A DNA stretch of 64,000 bases from Octopus sinensis (Eukaryota): positions 3,844,001 through 3,908,000 of the forward strand of contig NC_043002.1 of NCBI RefSeq assembly GCF_006345805.1, written 5' to 3'. The notes beneath the pieces are model-generated. The model did no database searches. It saw only the letters and a program-made list of their open reading frames with translations, and had not been told where the DNA came from. Every line of letters begins with the position of its first letter. The first letter of the stretch is position 1. The position numbers and the translations under genes were made by a program. This document shows positions 38,466 to 50,367 of the stretch, piece by piece.

Positions 38466-39004
38466 GATTGGTCGAGGAAGGTCACGCGGTGTCGTGGTTT
38501 TATGTTGGTGTATCAGCGACAACAGTTACTCGGAAAATACTGCATGGGGAGCAGGAAATCGACCGCGGTCGCATTGTCGGAGGGAAAGTAGGAAGGTGCG
38601 GTATGTGCAAGTTTATAGTTGTGTATGTGAGTGTGTGGACGTACTCACACGGTTTTGCGTGCATGTCTATATTGATGCGAGCGTGTGCATTTCTACATGG
38701 GCGCATACCCAACCAAACACCCACCTACCCATAGACACACACACACATGACGGAACACGCGCGTGCGTACACACATGGGTATTCCTTTATATGTACATAT
38801 GCATACATGTACGCATGCATATTAGTGTACACGTGCATATGCGTACTCGCGCGCACGTTCGTGCATGAGTAGACATGCGCATAACAAGCATTGGGGATTG
38901 GTAATTGGTGGTCCTACTCATGGCGTTGGTTGGTGGTGGTGACCTTGGTGCAAGCGGTCCAGGTAGCAGCCGGTGCTAAGGTGATACATCCGGGCTCTCA
39001 GAGG

Positions 39005-39850
39005 TCAGGGGGTTGAAATTTGCCAGAAGGGCATACCTCTGGTGACAGCAATAAGATAAATCGTATCTCTTGTTAATGGATGCTGCATGTTTTTGGAGGA
39101 TATGGAGTTTTTCGCGGAGATAGAGCTGGTAATTGGGGGCGCCGGGTGAATATGGTGGCGCACTGTCAACAGTAGTCCACTTGATGCTGGGTGTTTTGCC
39201 TCAGAGGTCACGGAGTCTCCAGAGAAAACGAGACAGGGAAGTAGAGTTCTCTCTGTTCCAGGATCTGAACGAGTGCATGTGCTGGGAGTATCTTCCCTTG
39301 AAGTTATTAACTGTCATACCCGTATAGTGCCTACTAATGCTATCGGATGGTGTAAGACTAGCTCTGTATACTACGACCCTTGAGAGGAAAGGTCCTTCTA
39401 GGGGGCACATGGCGGGATTTCGGAAGTTGCAGGTTGGAGTTGGGGGCGGTGCGGGTGCATTTTTACGTCTGCCGATGCGTGCGATGTAAGATGCGATGAT
39501 GTCTAAACAGGAGTAGCTCACCTTGACATTATGGGAATTGAAGAGTTTGTAATACTTGTGGCCTCTGGGGAAGTGCTTCCTAATTAACAACAGGAAACCC
39601 CTAGCTACGTTGGTAGAAACTTCTAGGTTGAAAGGGAGGTTATATTATATTTCCCTCTTCCTAATCCTTTTAGAGTGAGAAGAGGGTGTTTGGGGGTTGT
39701 CAACATACGTGAGCTTCTCAGTAAACCCGCTCCCAGCCAAAGCTTCGTTGTAGTGGGGGCAGCCCTATTAAAGATCTCTCTGTTGACCGAGAGATTTGTA
39801 GCAGAATGGATTGACAAAAGCATAAATGACAAAGTATTCTCTCTCCTTTA
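39005..39850 (-). mobile_element. Decayed Penelope-like element (RT thumb + GIY-YIG)
   Basis: LIRKHFPRGHKYYKLFNSHNVKVSYSC, VVVYRA...HYTGMTVNNFKGRYSQHMHSF, APPYSPGAPNYQLYLREKLHIL. Confidence 0.85.
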
Positions 39851-39919
39851 CATTTATAGTTGTTGTGTGGACGTAGCAGAGAACACTTAGCTATAAAGAT
39901 CATGTTTTAACCATTTGCT

Positions 39920-40012
39920 CTGATTGGTTAGTTTTTAGGGGCAGTTTGTTCTCTAAACAATTACGCTAAATTATCCGGTCAACCAATCAGATGCGTTCAA
40001 ATGGATCACGTG
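39920..40012. promoter_or_regulatory. Possible promoter/enhancer: two CCAAT boxes and a TCACGTG E-box
   Basis: Motifs seen in non-repeat sequence ~1.9 kb upstream of the SCPEP1 ATG; motif-only evidence. Confidence 0.25.
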
Positions 40013-41296
40013 TTCTCTTGGTAGAAAAACCTTTCACATCTCTGTGGAGCCTAAATAGATCAGTTTTTCTCCACTCAGTCTATCTTGCACCAGGAAGCGA
40101 TTTGCTCGCTTTCTCGATACAATGAAATTTATCACCGCGACCAGCTCTTACTGCATCTAACATCGACAACGACACATCATAATTCATCCTCGTGTATGTA
40201 AAACTCACTGAGTAAATATGACTTTTAGCGTTCCCACAGAAACCTTTATTTACCGTGTTGAATTATGCAGCAATGTTCTCTTCATAGAACACTTGCATGA
40301 ATTACCAGTTCTTTTGGTATATTAGATTTTTGCTATTCTTGTCTATGTCTCCTCACAGACGCGTATATTCTAACAAGTCGCTTCTTAAATTTCGCACCTC
40401 TCTTGTTCAATAAACACGGAGTTAAACTTGCAAAGCTGTTCATCTTCTTTTTAATTTTTATTTTGGCGGGTTACCAAACTTTCAGTTTGGTCTTCCCGCT
40501 ACAGATTAGTTTGTCGTTCGCTAATTGCCCGAAACCAGGTTTCTAATTACAGCAGGTGGAGTGGGGGGTTGAGCTCTTGTAGATGTATACTATTTCCTGG
40601 ATGGGAGAGATTACTCCACACCATCTCGACAATACACTTAGGTATTATTTCTTAATTGCTGAAAGTTACAAAAAAAAAAAAAAAAAAGAAAATGACTCGG
40701 CTGAGAGTTTTGTGCATGGTGCTTACCAAACTTGTTTGTAACTATCTGTTGATTAAAAAATAAAAATGTACAACCTAGCGGCTCGGCAAAACAGACCGAT
40801 ACAAAAAAATCCTGGGGTCGATTTGTTCGACTAAAAATCCTTCGAGGTGGTGCCCCAGCGTGGCCACAGTTCAATGACTGAAACAGGTAAAAGAAGGCAC
40901 ACACACTCGCGCATCTGTCTATCTATCTATCTATCTATTTATGTTTCAAAAGAAGATGGGTGAATGTAGCAAGGATGCCACCTTGAGCATAATCCTATGA
41001 ACCCGGAAAAATTTAAAACAGAGGGTTACCTACTTGCAAACAAATGTGGTAACATGTAACATTATTGACCGAAGTTACCGTGGTCTTTTCTGTTGGCTTT
41101 TCTTTCCACGGATAAACCTTATCTGCTTCCCCCTTTACACTTTACATCGTGACATTTCTGTGATACACGATCCCTATTGATTGTTTTTTTGTCTTTCCCT
41201 TTAACGACCCCTTTTGATCGAAAACCTAACCCACTTTGTTTTTTCTCCCCCAACCTGTCCCGTCTGTGTGCAGCCCTGTGTGGCTAATAAAGAAAC

Positions 41297-41297
41297 A

Positions 41298-41358
<61 letters not shown>

Positions 41359-41500
41359 GTCTGTCTATCTATCTATCTATCTTTCTATCTATCTGTCTGT
41401 CTATCTATCTATCTGTCTGTCTGTATGTCTGCCTGTCTGTCTGTCTGTCTGTATGTATGTCTGCCTGTCTGTCTGTCTTGTCTATTTGACTGTCTGTCTG
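41297..41500. repeat. (TATC)n/(TGTC)n microsatellite after aataaa (probable retroelement tail)
   Basis: Read directly. Confidence 0.8.
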
Positions 41501-41888
41501 TGTGTAGGGCGGAGTTATCAACTTCAAACTCTGAAACCATACACATGAATATGTATTTTAACAGATGTAAGTGAAAAAGAAAGTGAGAAGAAGAGTGAGA
41601 AGGTGAGAGAGAGAGTATGTGTGTGTGTGTGAAGGAGAGAGAGAGAGTGTGTGTATGTGAAGGAGAGAGAGAGAGGATGTGTGTGAAGGAGAGAGAGAGA
41701 GAGAGGATGTGTGTGTATGTTTCTCTGTTTCGATAAGTTGAACAATTCCCACATGTGACTTGAAGTGGATTTGGCTGATAATTGTTTCTTTGACAACTGA
41801 CAGAACCCGGCCGACAGGCGAATTAGGTAAATACTCGACCGAAAACGGCAGCAGGCAAATATTTTAGAAACAACAATTTATTTCGACC

Positions 41889-41955
41889 ATGTCTTCAGCG
41901 CTATTGAAATCATTTTTCTTTGTATTATATCTCGTGGGATCCATCGAAGCCTTTT
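41889..41955 (+). CDS. SCPEP1: SCPEP1 exon 1 (signal peptide MSSALLKSFFFVLYLVGSIEAF)
   Basis: ATG, hydrophobic core, phase-1 donor t|gtaagt that joins exon 2 in frame (TTG, Leu). Confidence 0.75.
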
Positions 41956-42608
41956 GTAAGTATCCTCTAAAATATTTACTCCACCGACTCCGTCTCTTCC
42001 ATAAAATTTCTAACTTTCCAAAATTTACCAAAGTGAGAATTCGAATTAAAATTATTTGCTATAAATGGCTGAAAATATTTAGAAAGTCTTGGAACACTTT
42101 TTACGGTATATAATGGCGTCGCTTTACGAAGCGGGTTCAATTCCTGACAGTGTCGACTTCGTCGTTAATTCCTTGCACATGTCTGTGGTTTTGTCTCAAT
42201 TCTAATATAAAATTATGGACGGGTATCTTAGCAGAACCGGGAAAGCTTTACGCTATTTCAATACATTTTATTTACACATTTTCCTTTCTCTTCGAGTTTA
42301 AAACGCATTGAATTGGTTTTGGCTGGAATCGAATATTAAGAAAATATATATTTTTTTAATAAAGTTATAAAACTGTAGCAACACACACACCCGACTGTCA
42401 GATAAACTTTCTAATTTAGTCATCACTTGTTTATATTTCATTGACGAACCTTCAGTTACAAACATGAGAGTGGTTTGGGCGAAGAATGAAACCGATAGAC
42501 TTCGGCCTTGCGCCAAATTTTGAACGACTCATTTAACAATAAAGTAGTTGAATGAAACCTCGACCCAAGAGGCAAAATAAAAAAGGCCCTTGAGAATTTG
42601 GTTCACAT

Positions 42609-43705
42609 GGCAGAGATGTAAACGGAACCCCTTCCCCATAAATGTTTTTTTTTGTTTGTTTTACGGAATCCCATGTTTTAGGCTATGGAGATTCCGATTC
42701 TGAAAAAAATTTTCAAAAATGGTAACTTCAAATTTACCCCCCCCCTCTCATTTCTTCATTTTTTTTTTTTTTCAATTTTTTCCGGAAACTTTTTTTTTTT
42801 TTGCGAAATACGTACAAAAGTACGGAAATTATGATTCTGAAAAAAATTGTAAAATTTCAATTTTTCACCCCCCACCACTACCACCACCAAACCCCTTCTT
42901 TCCCAGTTCTACAGCCTTGGCCTTCAAGCAGGCTATTCGCATGCTAGAAATAACAGCCAAATCTCACAAAACTGCGATGATATACTCTTTCCTTTCTTTT
43001 ACTCTTTTACTTGTTTCAGTCATTTGATTGTGGCCATGCTGGAGCACTGCATTTAGCCGAGCATATCGACCCCAGGACTTATTCTTTGTAAGCCTAGTAC
43101 TTATTCTATCGGTTCTCTTTTGCCGAACCGCTATGTTACGCGGACGTAAACACACCAGCATCGGTTGTCAAGCGATGTTGGGGGGACAAAGACACACACA
43201 CACACACATACATATATACGACGAGCTTCTTTCAGTTTCCGTCTACTAAATCCACTCACTAGGCTTTGGGCGGCCCGAGGCTATAGTAGGTGCCACGCAG
43301 TGGGACTGAACCAGGAACCATGTGGTTTGGAAGCAAGCTACTTACCACACAACCACTCCTACGCCTATAATGAAAGAAATATGGGAAAGACTCCCCCCAC
43401 ACACACTTAATAATAACTATTATCTTCTTTTAGATTCCCCCATCAAAAAAACTCACGTTTTTGGATACAGAGATTCCAGAAAATTGCCAAAAATCGGAAT
43501 TTTGAAATCCCCCCCTACTCCCCCCCACCAATTTCTTCATTTTTCACTTTTTCCCTAACCCTAATTCTAAAACCCCAACCCTAACCCTAAAACATGGGAT
43601 TCCGTAAAAAAAAAAAATTTTTAAGCAGGGAAAAGGTTCTGTTTACATCTCTGCCATTTCAGCCGCAAATTTTGCACCAAGAATAAATACATATTGATAT
43701 ATATC
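42609..43705. mobile_element. DNA-transposon-like foldback element (TIR ggcagagatgtaaacggaacc) with nested SINE A (-, 42990-43365)
   Basis: 42609-42680 is inverted at ~43590-43656. Confidence 0.55.
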
Positions 43706-43879
43706 TAAGATGGACTGTTTTGCTTCTGTGTTTTATCTCCATTCTTTACAAGTGTTTGTTTATTTTATCATATCTCTGGAGATATGATGCAATTGAGAAG
43801 ACCTGGCAAGTAAAGTGAGATCACAGCCAGAGCCTACACCAGTGTCAACTAACCGACCCACTTAAAAAGTACTTTTGGA

Positions 43880-44185
43880 TCATCAGGCGACATGCCGTGC
43901 TTGAGGAGACCTATTGAGTTGAGTAAATTAAATCACAATCAAATGGAAATTGTAGTTGTGGCTGATGCCAGTGCCGCCTGACTGGCTCCCTGTGCTGGTG
44001 GACATAAAAAGCACCCACTACACTCTCGGAGTGGTTGGCATTAGGAAGGGCATCCAGCTGTAGAAACATTGCCCGGTCAGACTGGAGCCTGTTGTGGCCT
44101 CCTGGCTTGCCAGTCCCTAGTCAAACCGTCCAACCTATGCTAGCATGGAAAACGGACGTTAAACGATGATGATGATGATGATGAT
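43880..44185 (+). mobile_element. Non-autonomous retroelement family D with (GAT)n tail
   Basis: Shared with 49215-49435 and 53515-53915; ends aaacgatgatgatgatg. Confidence 0.75.
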
Positions 44186-44342
44186 TTCACCTGGCATGCT
44201 AACAATTCTGCCATCTCACCACCTTACAGAGTGGGTGTATTTATCAAAGTATACAGTATTATATACAGATCCATCACAGCAGATCTTATCTGTTAGTTTA
44301 GCATAGGATATTAGATAATTGGATAATTCTCCTCCCCTTGAA

Positions 44343-44650
44343 CCATATATCAATATGTATTTATTCTTGCTGCAAAATTTGCGGCTGAAATGGCAGAGAT
44401 GTAAACGGAACCTCCCCCACCTCGCTTAAAAACTTTTTTTTTTACGGAATCCCATGTTTTAGGGTTAGGGTTGGGGTTTTAGGATGAGGGTTAGGGAAAA
44501 AAGTGAAAAATGAAGAAATTGGGGGGGGGATTTCAAAATTCCGATTTTTGGCAATTTTATGGAATCTCTGTATCCAAAAACGTGAGTTTTGGGGGAGGGG
44601 AATCTAAAAAAAGATAATAATTATTATTAAATGTGTGTGTGTGGGGGGGG
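44343..44650. repeat. Inverted copy of 43392-43705
   Basis: Reverse-complement match over ~300 bp. Confidence 0.8.
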
Positions 44651-44939
44651 TTAATTCTCCAAGACCGTACTTGTCCGAGTGGCCAGCAGTCCCCGTTTTT
44701 GCCATACTGGTTACTCTGGTGAGCACGATCTTAGATATTAGTCTGGTTATCTAATATGCTGTGTGACATCAGTTTGTAAGATTGGCTGTAATGCATCTCT
44801 AATACTCTGTGTGTGTGTACACACACAGCCTAAGCCAATGTATTCTTTTCTACTCTAGGCACAAGGCCCAAAATTTTGGGAGAGAGGGGGCTAGTCGGTT
44901 AGATCAACCCCGAAAGGATGAGCGGCAAAGTCAACCTCA

Positions 44940-45176
44940 GAACATTACAAAATCCACAGAAAGATCAAACACATACATATATTCATTTATATCTACAGAA
45001 CAGATATAAAGTCCGACGTTTAAAAATATAGTAATATATATGCACATATGTATATACATGGATCAAAACAGCTAGATTCAAATATTGTTACTCCGAGTTT
45101 CAAGCGTGATGCTAATCTTCAGTCATTTTGAATTAGAATGAGAGAAGTTGATTACTAATGCCGTAAGGTGGGCTGC
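44940..45176. repeat. Copy of 38229-38465 inserted in a family B SINE
   Basis: SINE B sequence on both sides (44845-44940 and 45177-45215). Confidence 0.85.
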
Positions 45177-45494
45177 TAAGTATTTTGCCTGGCATGCCAA
45201 TATATTGATGATGGGGCCAATGTCAGAATGACATCCTAGAGAAAACTTGTCCATCAAGTTGAAAGATGGTCGGCTTTTCAGCTAGTTTGTAATATTCAGG
45301 TGGTTTTCAGTCCTCCTTGTCAGCTAACTTTTTCTCAACTACAACTTCAATCTTTATGCTCTCCAACGCTGTTGACAATTAACCAATTCATCAAGCTGTT
45401 CCTGAAAGAAGGAAACCAAAAACATCATCAAATTTGGCCCAAAAACCCTGCATTTGTTCAGTGGACTTAACAAGATCTTTAGTTATTGTTCGTA

Positions 45495-45905
45495 AGGCGC
45501 AGGAGTGGCTGTGTGGTAAGTAGCTTGCTAACTAACCACATGGTTCCGGGTTCAGTCCCACTGCGTGGCACCTTGGGCAAGTGTCTTCTGCTATAGCCCC
45601 GGGCTGACCAATGGCTTGTGAGTGGATTTGGTAGACGGAAACTGAAAGAAGCCCGTCGTATATATGTATATATATATATATATGTGTGTGTGTGTATGTG
45701 TGTCTGTGTTTGTCCCCCTAGCATTGCTTGACAACCGATGTTGGTGTGTGTTTACGTCCCCGTCACTTAGCGGTTCGACAAAAGAGACCGATAGAATAAG
45801 TACTGGGCTTACAAAAGAATAAGTCCCGGGGTCGAGTTGCTTGATTAAAGGCGGTGCCCCAACATGGCCGCAGTCAAATGACTGAAACAAGTAAAAGAGA
45901 GAGAG
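45495..45905 (+). mobile_element. SINE family A, full-length reference copy
   Basis: tRNA-like head (tggctgtgtggt A box, ggttcagtccc B box), internal (TA)n(TG)n, tail aaacaagtaaaagag; similar in design to described octopus tRNA-derived SINEs (family name not verified). Confidence 0.9.
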
Positions 45906-47129
45906 TAAGGCTCTGACAATTACTGGTTTGGCTGCCACCTTTTTCAAACGACCACACCTGCTTAAGCTCCCAAGCTCACCTGTCATATCTTATCAGCTTT
46001 TTCCTTCTTCTTTATCACATTTCCTTGTTGTCAACTAAACATGTTGTATCTATGATTCAGCACTGTTTGATTTTGTTCTTCATTATCACCATATCTGTTT
46101 TCCTATTCTCTATCGCATTCTAACACTGAATCATAGATTCTCACAGAGTCTTTGTGTTATCTTTTCCAATAATGCTTCTGGCTTTATGCTTGAGCCACTT
46201 TCCTACTTTGTCACCGACCATAATGCTATGTTGCATTTCCAACAGTGTGCAGTCACTGCAGTTGAAACATGTGTAGGTCCCATAAAGATGCTGCAAATAA
46301 CTGTTAAATAAAATTATGGATGTGAAAGATCTCCATTCTCCTTATCAATAATATTAATATGCTCTTTTGTACATACCTGTCGTGTGTGTCACACTTCAAA
46401 GAAGTGAGTGGCAAAGCGAGAGAGAAGAGGACAGAAAATGTGAGAGCGACAGTGAATGGTGATGGCATTTGTTTTGATACATAGATCAAACGAAAAGTTG
46501 ATACATAGATACATACATTGTTAAATTATAAGTGGGAGAGAGGAGGGACACAGGACTTGAAAGAGAAAGACAGATAATAAATACAGCAAATATTGGATGT
46601 CACTTTCACTTTTCATTACCACATGAGGATAAAATTAACTCGCAAGTGGTCGAGTACTCCACAGACATGCATACCATTAATGTAGTTCTCAGGGAGATTC
46701 AGCCTCACACAGAATATGACAAAGCTGGCCCCTTTGAATTACACAGCTACAACTCATTTTACCCAGCTGAGTGGACTGGAGCAAGATAAACCTTCAAGTG
46801 GTTGGAAGAAAATGTAAAAAGATCCTATATAGGGGCAGGAAAATCTTTTTAGTCATTGGGGTCACTATGGGTGTTAATCAGCACTTGTGGGTCCCACAGA
46901 TCTGAAGGCCAAGCCCCTAGACAAACACTGATGCGTAAGCTGTTGTTATCAGGCTGAGCATGAGTCAAGGGTGAATACACGGTGGAATAGCAATTATTTC
47001 CATCTTAGCTTTCAATGCTTCTACTGAACACGTGACACTTTTGCCTGACGATATGGAACATTTCTTTTCCTTTCACTCTTTTTAAAAAATGGCGACAATG
47101 AGGTTCCTGTTTATCTGATCAACGAACAG

Positions 47130-47520
47130 TCTCTTTTACTCTTTTACTTGTTTCAGTCATTTGACTGTGGCCATGCTGGAGCACCGCCTTTAGTCGAGCA
47201 ACTAGATCCAAGGACTTATTCTTTGTAAGCCCAGTACTTATTCTATCGGTCTCTTTTGCTGAGCCGCTAAGTGACGGGGACATAAACACGCCAGCATTGG
47301 TTGTCAAGCAATGCTAGGGGGACAAACACACACACACATATATATATATATACATATATACGATGGGCTTCTTTCAGTTTCCGTCTACCAAATCCACTCA
47401 CAAGGCTTTGGTCGGCCCGAGGCTATAGCAGAAGACACTTGCCCAAGGTGCCACGCAGTGGGACTGAACCCTGAACCATGTGGTTGGTTAGCAAGCTACT
47501 TACCACACAGCCACTCCTGC
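47130..47520 (-). mobile_element. SINE family A, full
   Basis: Reverse complement of 45495-45905. Confidence 0.9.
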
Positions 47521-47904
47521 TTATAAAATTAATGTGCAAGTGGCTGAGTACTCCACAGACATGCACACCATAAGGTAGTTCTCCGGGAGATTCAGCCTCA
47601 CACAGAATGTGACAAGGCTGGCCCCTTTCAATTTCAGCTACAACTCATTTTGGCCAGCTGAGTGGACTGCAGCAAGGTGAAGTAGAGTCTCTTGCTCAAG
47701 AACGCAGTGTGTCGAAGGGAATCATGCTCATGACTTAATGATCATAGGCTGAATACTCCTAACCACTGAGACCCACACTTTCACTCTCTTAACCGTAGAG
47801 AAAAAAGGAGTGAAGTGATAGAGAAAGGAAAGCCGCAGTCATTTAAAATGGCAATTAGACTGAAATACGATCGATCGTTTCTACTTTCTTTACTTTTAAC
47901 AATG

Positions 47905-48288
47905 GTGGAGGCGCAATGGTCCAGTGGTTACGGCAGCGGACTCGCGGTCGTAGGATCGCGGTTTCGATTCCCAGACCGGGCGTTGTGAGTGTTTATTGAG
48001 CAAAAACACCTAAAAGCTCCACTAGGCTCCGACAGAGGATGGTGGTGATCCCTGCTGTACTCTTTCACCACAACTTTCTCTCACTCTTACTTTCTGTTTC
48101 TGTTGTACCTGTATTTCAAGGGGCCGGCCTTGTCACTCTGTGTCACGCTGAATATCCCTGAGAACTACGTTAAGGGTACACGTGTCTGTGGAGTGCTCAG
48201 CCACTTACACGTTAATTTCACGAGCAGGCTGTTCCGTTGATTCGGATCAACCGGAACCCTCGTCGTCGGAACCGACGGAGTGCTTCCC
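47905..48288 (+). mobile_element. SINE family C, full, with 13-bp TSD
   Basis: tRNA-like head; TSD acttttaacaatg at 47892-47904 and 48289-48301. Confidence 0.93.
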
Positions 48289-48734
48289 ACTTTTAACAAT
48301 GAAGAAGAGGGAAAGTCTTTCAGGTGTTTATGTTTTGATTCTGGGAGTTCGTGAATGACTGAGTGTTAGTTCTCTCTTCCTTTCCCCCACCCCGGGTACT
48401 TATTTGCCTTCTTTCATGGTTCTTCATATCTTTTAGTTGGGGGAAAAAAATTTTTTTTAGGCATGTTTAACGTTTTCTCTACAAACTACAAACAAGACCC
48501 CCTCCCGTTTTTTTAATTTTCATTCTAAAACTAATGCAAATGTCAAAGGGGGTATAGCTGTAAAAAGAGCCCAGAAAATTGGGTGATACCCCCTACAAAA
48601 TGGGTGGGGGAGAAAAGTTGCCAACCGGAGGCTATACGAAATTCAACTCTATACTTTAAAGAGTGTCTTCTATAGCCTCAAGCTGACCAAAGCCTTGTGG
48701 GTGAATTTCGTAGATGGAAACTGAAAGAAGTCTG

Positions 48735-48776
<42 letters not shown>

Positions 48777-49214
48777 CGGGCTTAACAACCAATGTTGGTG
48801 TGTCCCCGTAACTTAGTGGTTTGGCAGAAGATACTGATAGAATAAGCACCAAGCTTACAGGGAATAAGTTCAGGGGTTGATTTCTTTGACTAAAGGGTGG
48901 TGCTCCAGCATGGCCACCATCAAATAACTGAAAGAAGTAAAAGAATACCAGAACATTCTGTAACCCTAAACCAAGAAGGTTCTTTGAATATGTATTTTAA
49001 GGCTAAATAGTAATTCTGTTAACGTTTGTGTGACAGATATTTTGGTTGGATTTTATAGTCATTGGTTTTACACTTCTTCCTATATTGTGTCACAATATAG
49101 AAGCATTTCTCATGGCACCAACACACAATTTACGGATGCTTACACTTTTTATGTCTTCCGTGAAGTTTTTCATGGGTCCAGCTAGTCATTATTATTATTA
49201 CTATATACATATAC

Positions 49215-49435
49215 ATGCCAGTGTCGGTTGTTGCCAGTGGCATGTAAAAAGCACCATCCAAACGTGGCTGATGCCAGTGTCGCCTGACTGACTCCTGTGC
49301 CAGTGGCATGTAAAAGGCACCCACTACACTCTCAGAGTGGTTGGCATTAGGGAGGGCATCCATGCCAGTCCTCAGCCAACACGTCCAACCCATGCCAGCA
49401 TGGAAAGCGGACATTAAACAATGATGATGATGATG
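49215..49435 (+). mobile_element. Family D copy
   Basis: Match to 43880-44185, (GAT)n tail. Confidence 0.7.
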
Positions 49436-50323
49436 GTGTGTATGTATGTACATGTAGAAAGTATACAATAAAACAAAGAAGGAAAGTGTACACAGTATGC
49501 AACAGTAAAGAGAATGGATAAGAAGAAAGACTGTAAGAATAATTGAGGAACCCCACCATTCATGATTGAAGGCCAAGGTCAAGTGCCCTCTTGAATTCTT
49601 TTTCTCCAGCTTCGAGAGCGGTACCATGCACTGAGAAGCATGGCACCATGGCCAGGATAATCTACTGGACAATATTGCAACCAGTGTGCACTTGACAAAA
49701 CAGGTTTATTATCAATGATAAATCTACAGAAACCCGCAGTCCAACGTTGACCTCTTTCGAGGACTTTGTTTTGTTTCACTTCCCACATTCGCAATGATAG
49801 GAAGAGCTGACATCAAAGGATCAAAAAGCGACATCATTGCGAACGCTTGGAGGTGAACCCTTGCTCAAGATTCCTACGACTATTAACAGCAGCATCCATA
49901 CCCCCTAAAGAACCCTTTATTCATTCAGCTTGTTGAGTCCATCAGTTTTACTTTGAAACGGCAAATGGTGAAGGACCCTGATGAAACTGCACTGACCATG
50001 ATGCTAGGTTGCACATCCAACTGTGTGCAGTTGCTGCATTTGAAACCCATGTAGGTCTCATAAGGATGCTGTAAATAAAATTATGGATGTGAAAAATCTC
50101 CGTTCTCCTTACCATTATTAATACTATTGCTTACTCTTTGGAAACTCTGCAGTCCTGGACAGGACACTCGGATTTACCCAGCGAGAAAAGTTACCAGAGC
50201 CTAGCAACTCATTGTTAGCTAAGGTACAACATAAGGACCATTCTGGTTAGCTGGAATCTGAAACCAACTTAAGAGAAAACATGGTAACTGACAAGATAAT
50301 ATATTCCTTTAAACACAGTCTTG

Positions 50324-50363
<40 letters not shown>

Positions 50364-50367
50364 CATA

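Noticed and set aside
40466-40499. Small hairpin gcggg-accaaac/gtttggt-cccgc
   Set aside because: Too short, and matches no RNA motif I recognise.
45495-45570. tRNA-like sequences at SINE heads
   Set aside because: A/B boxes are present but no complete cloverleaf, and they continue into SINE bodies; no true tRNA or rRNA gene seen.
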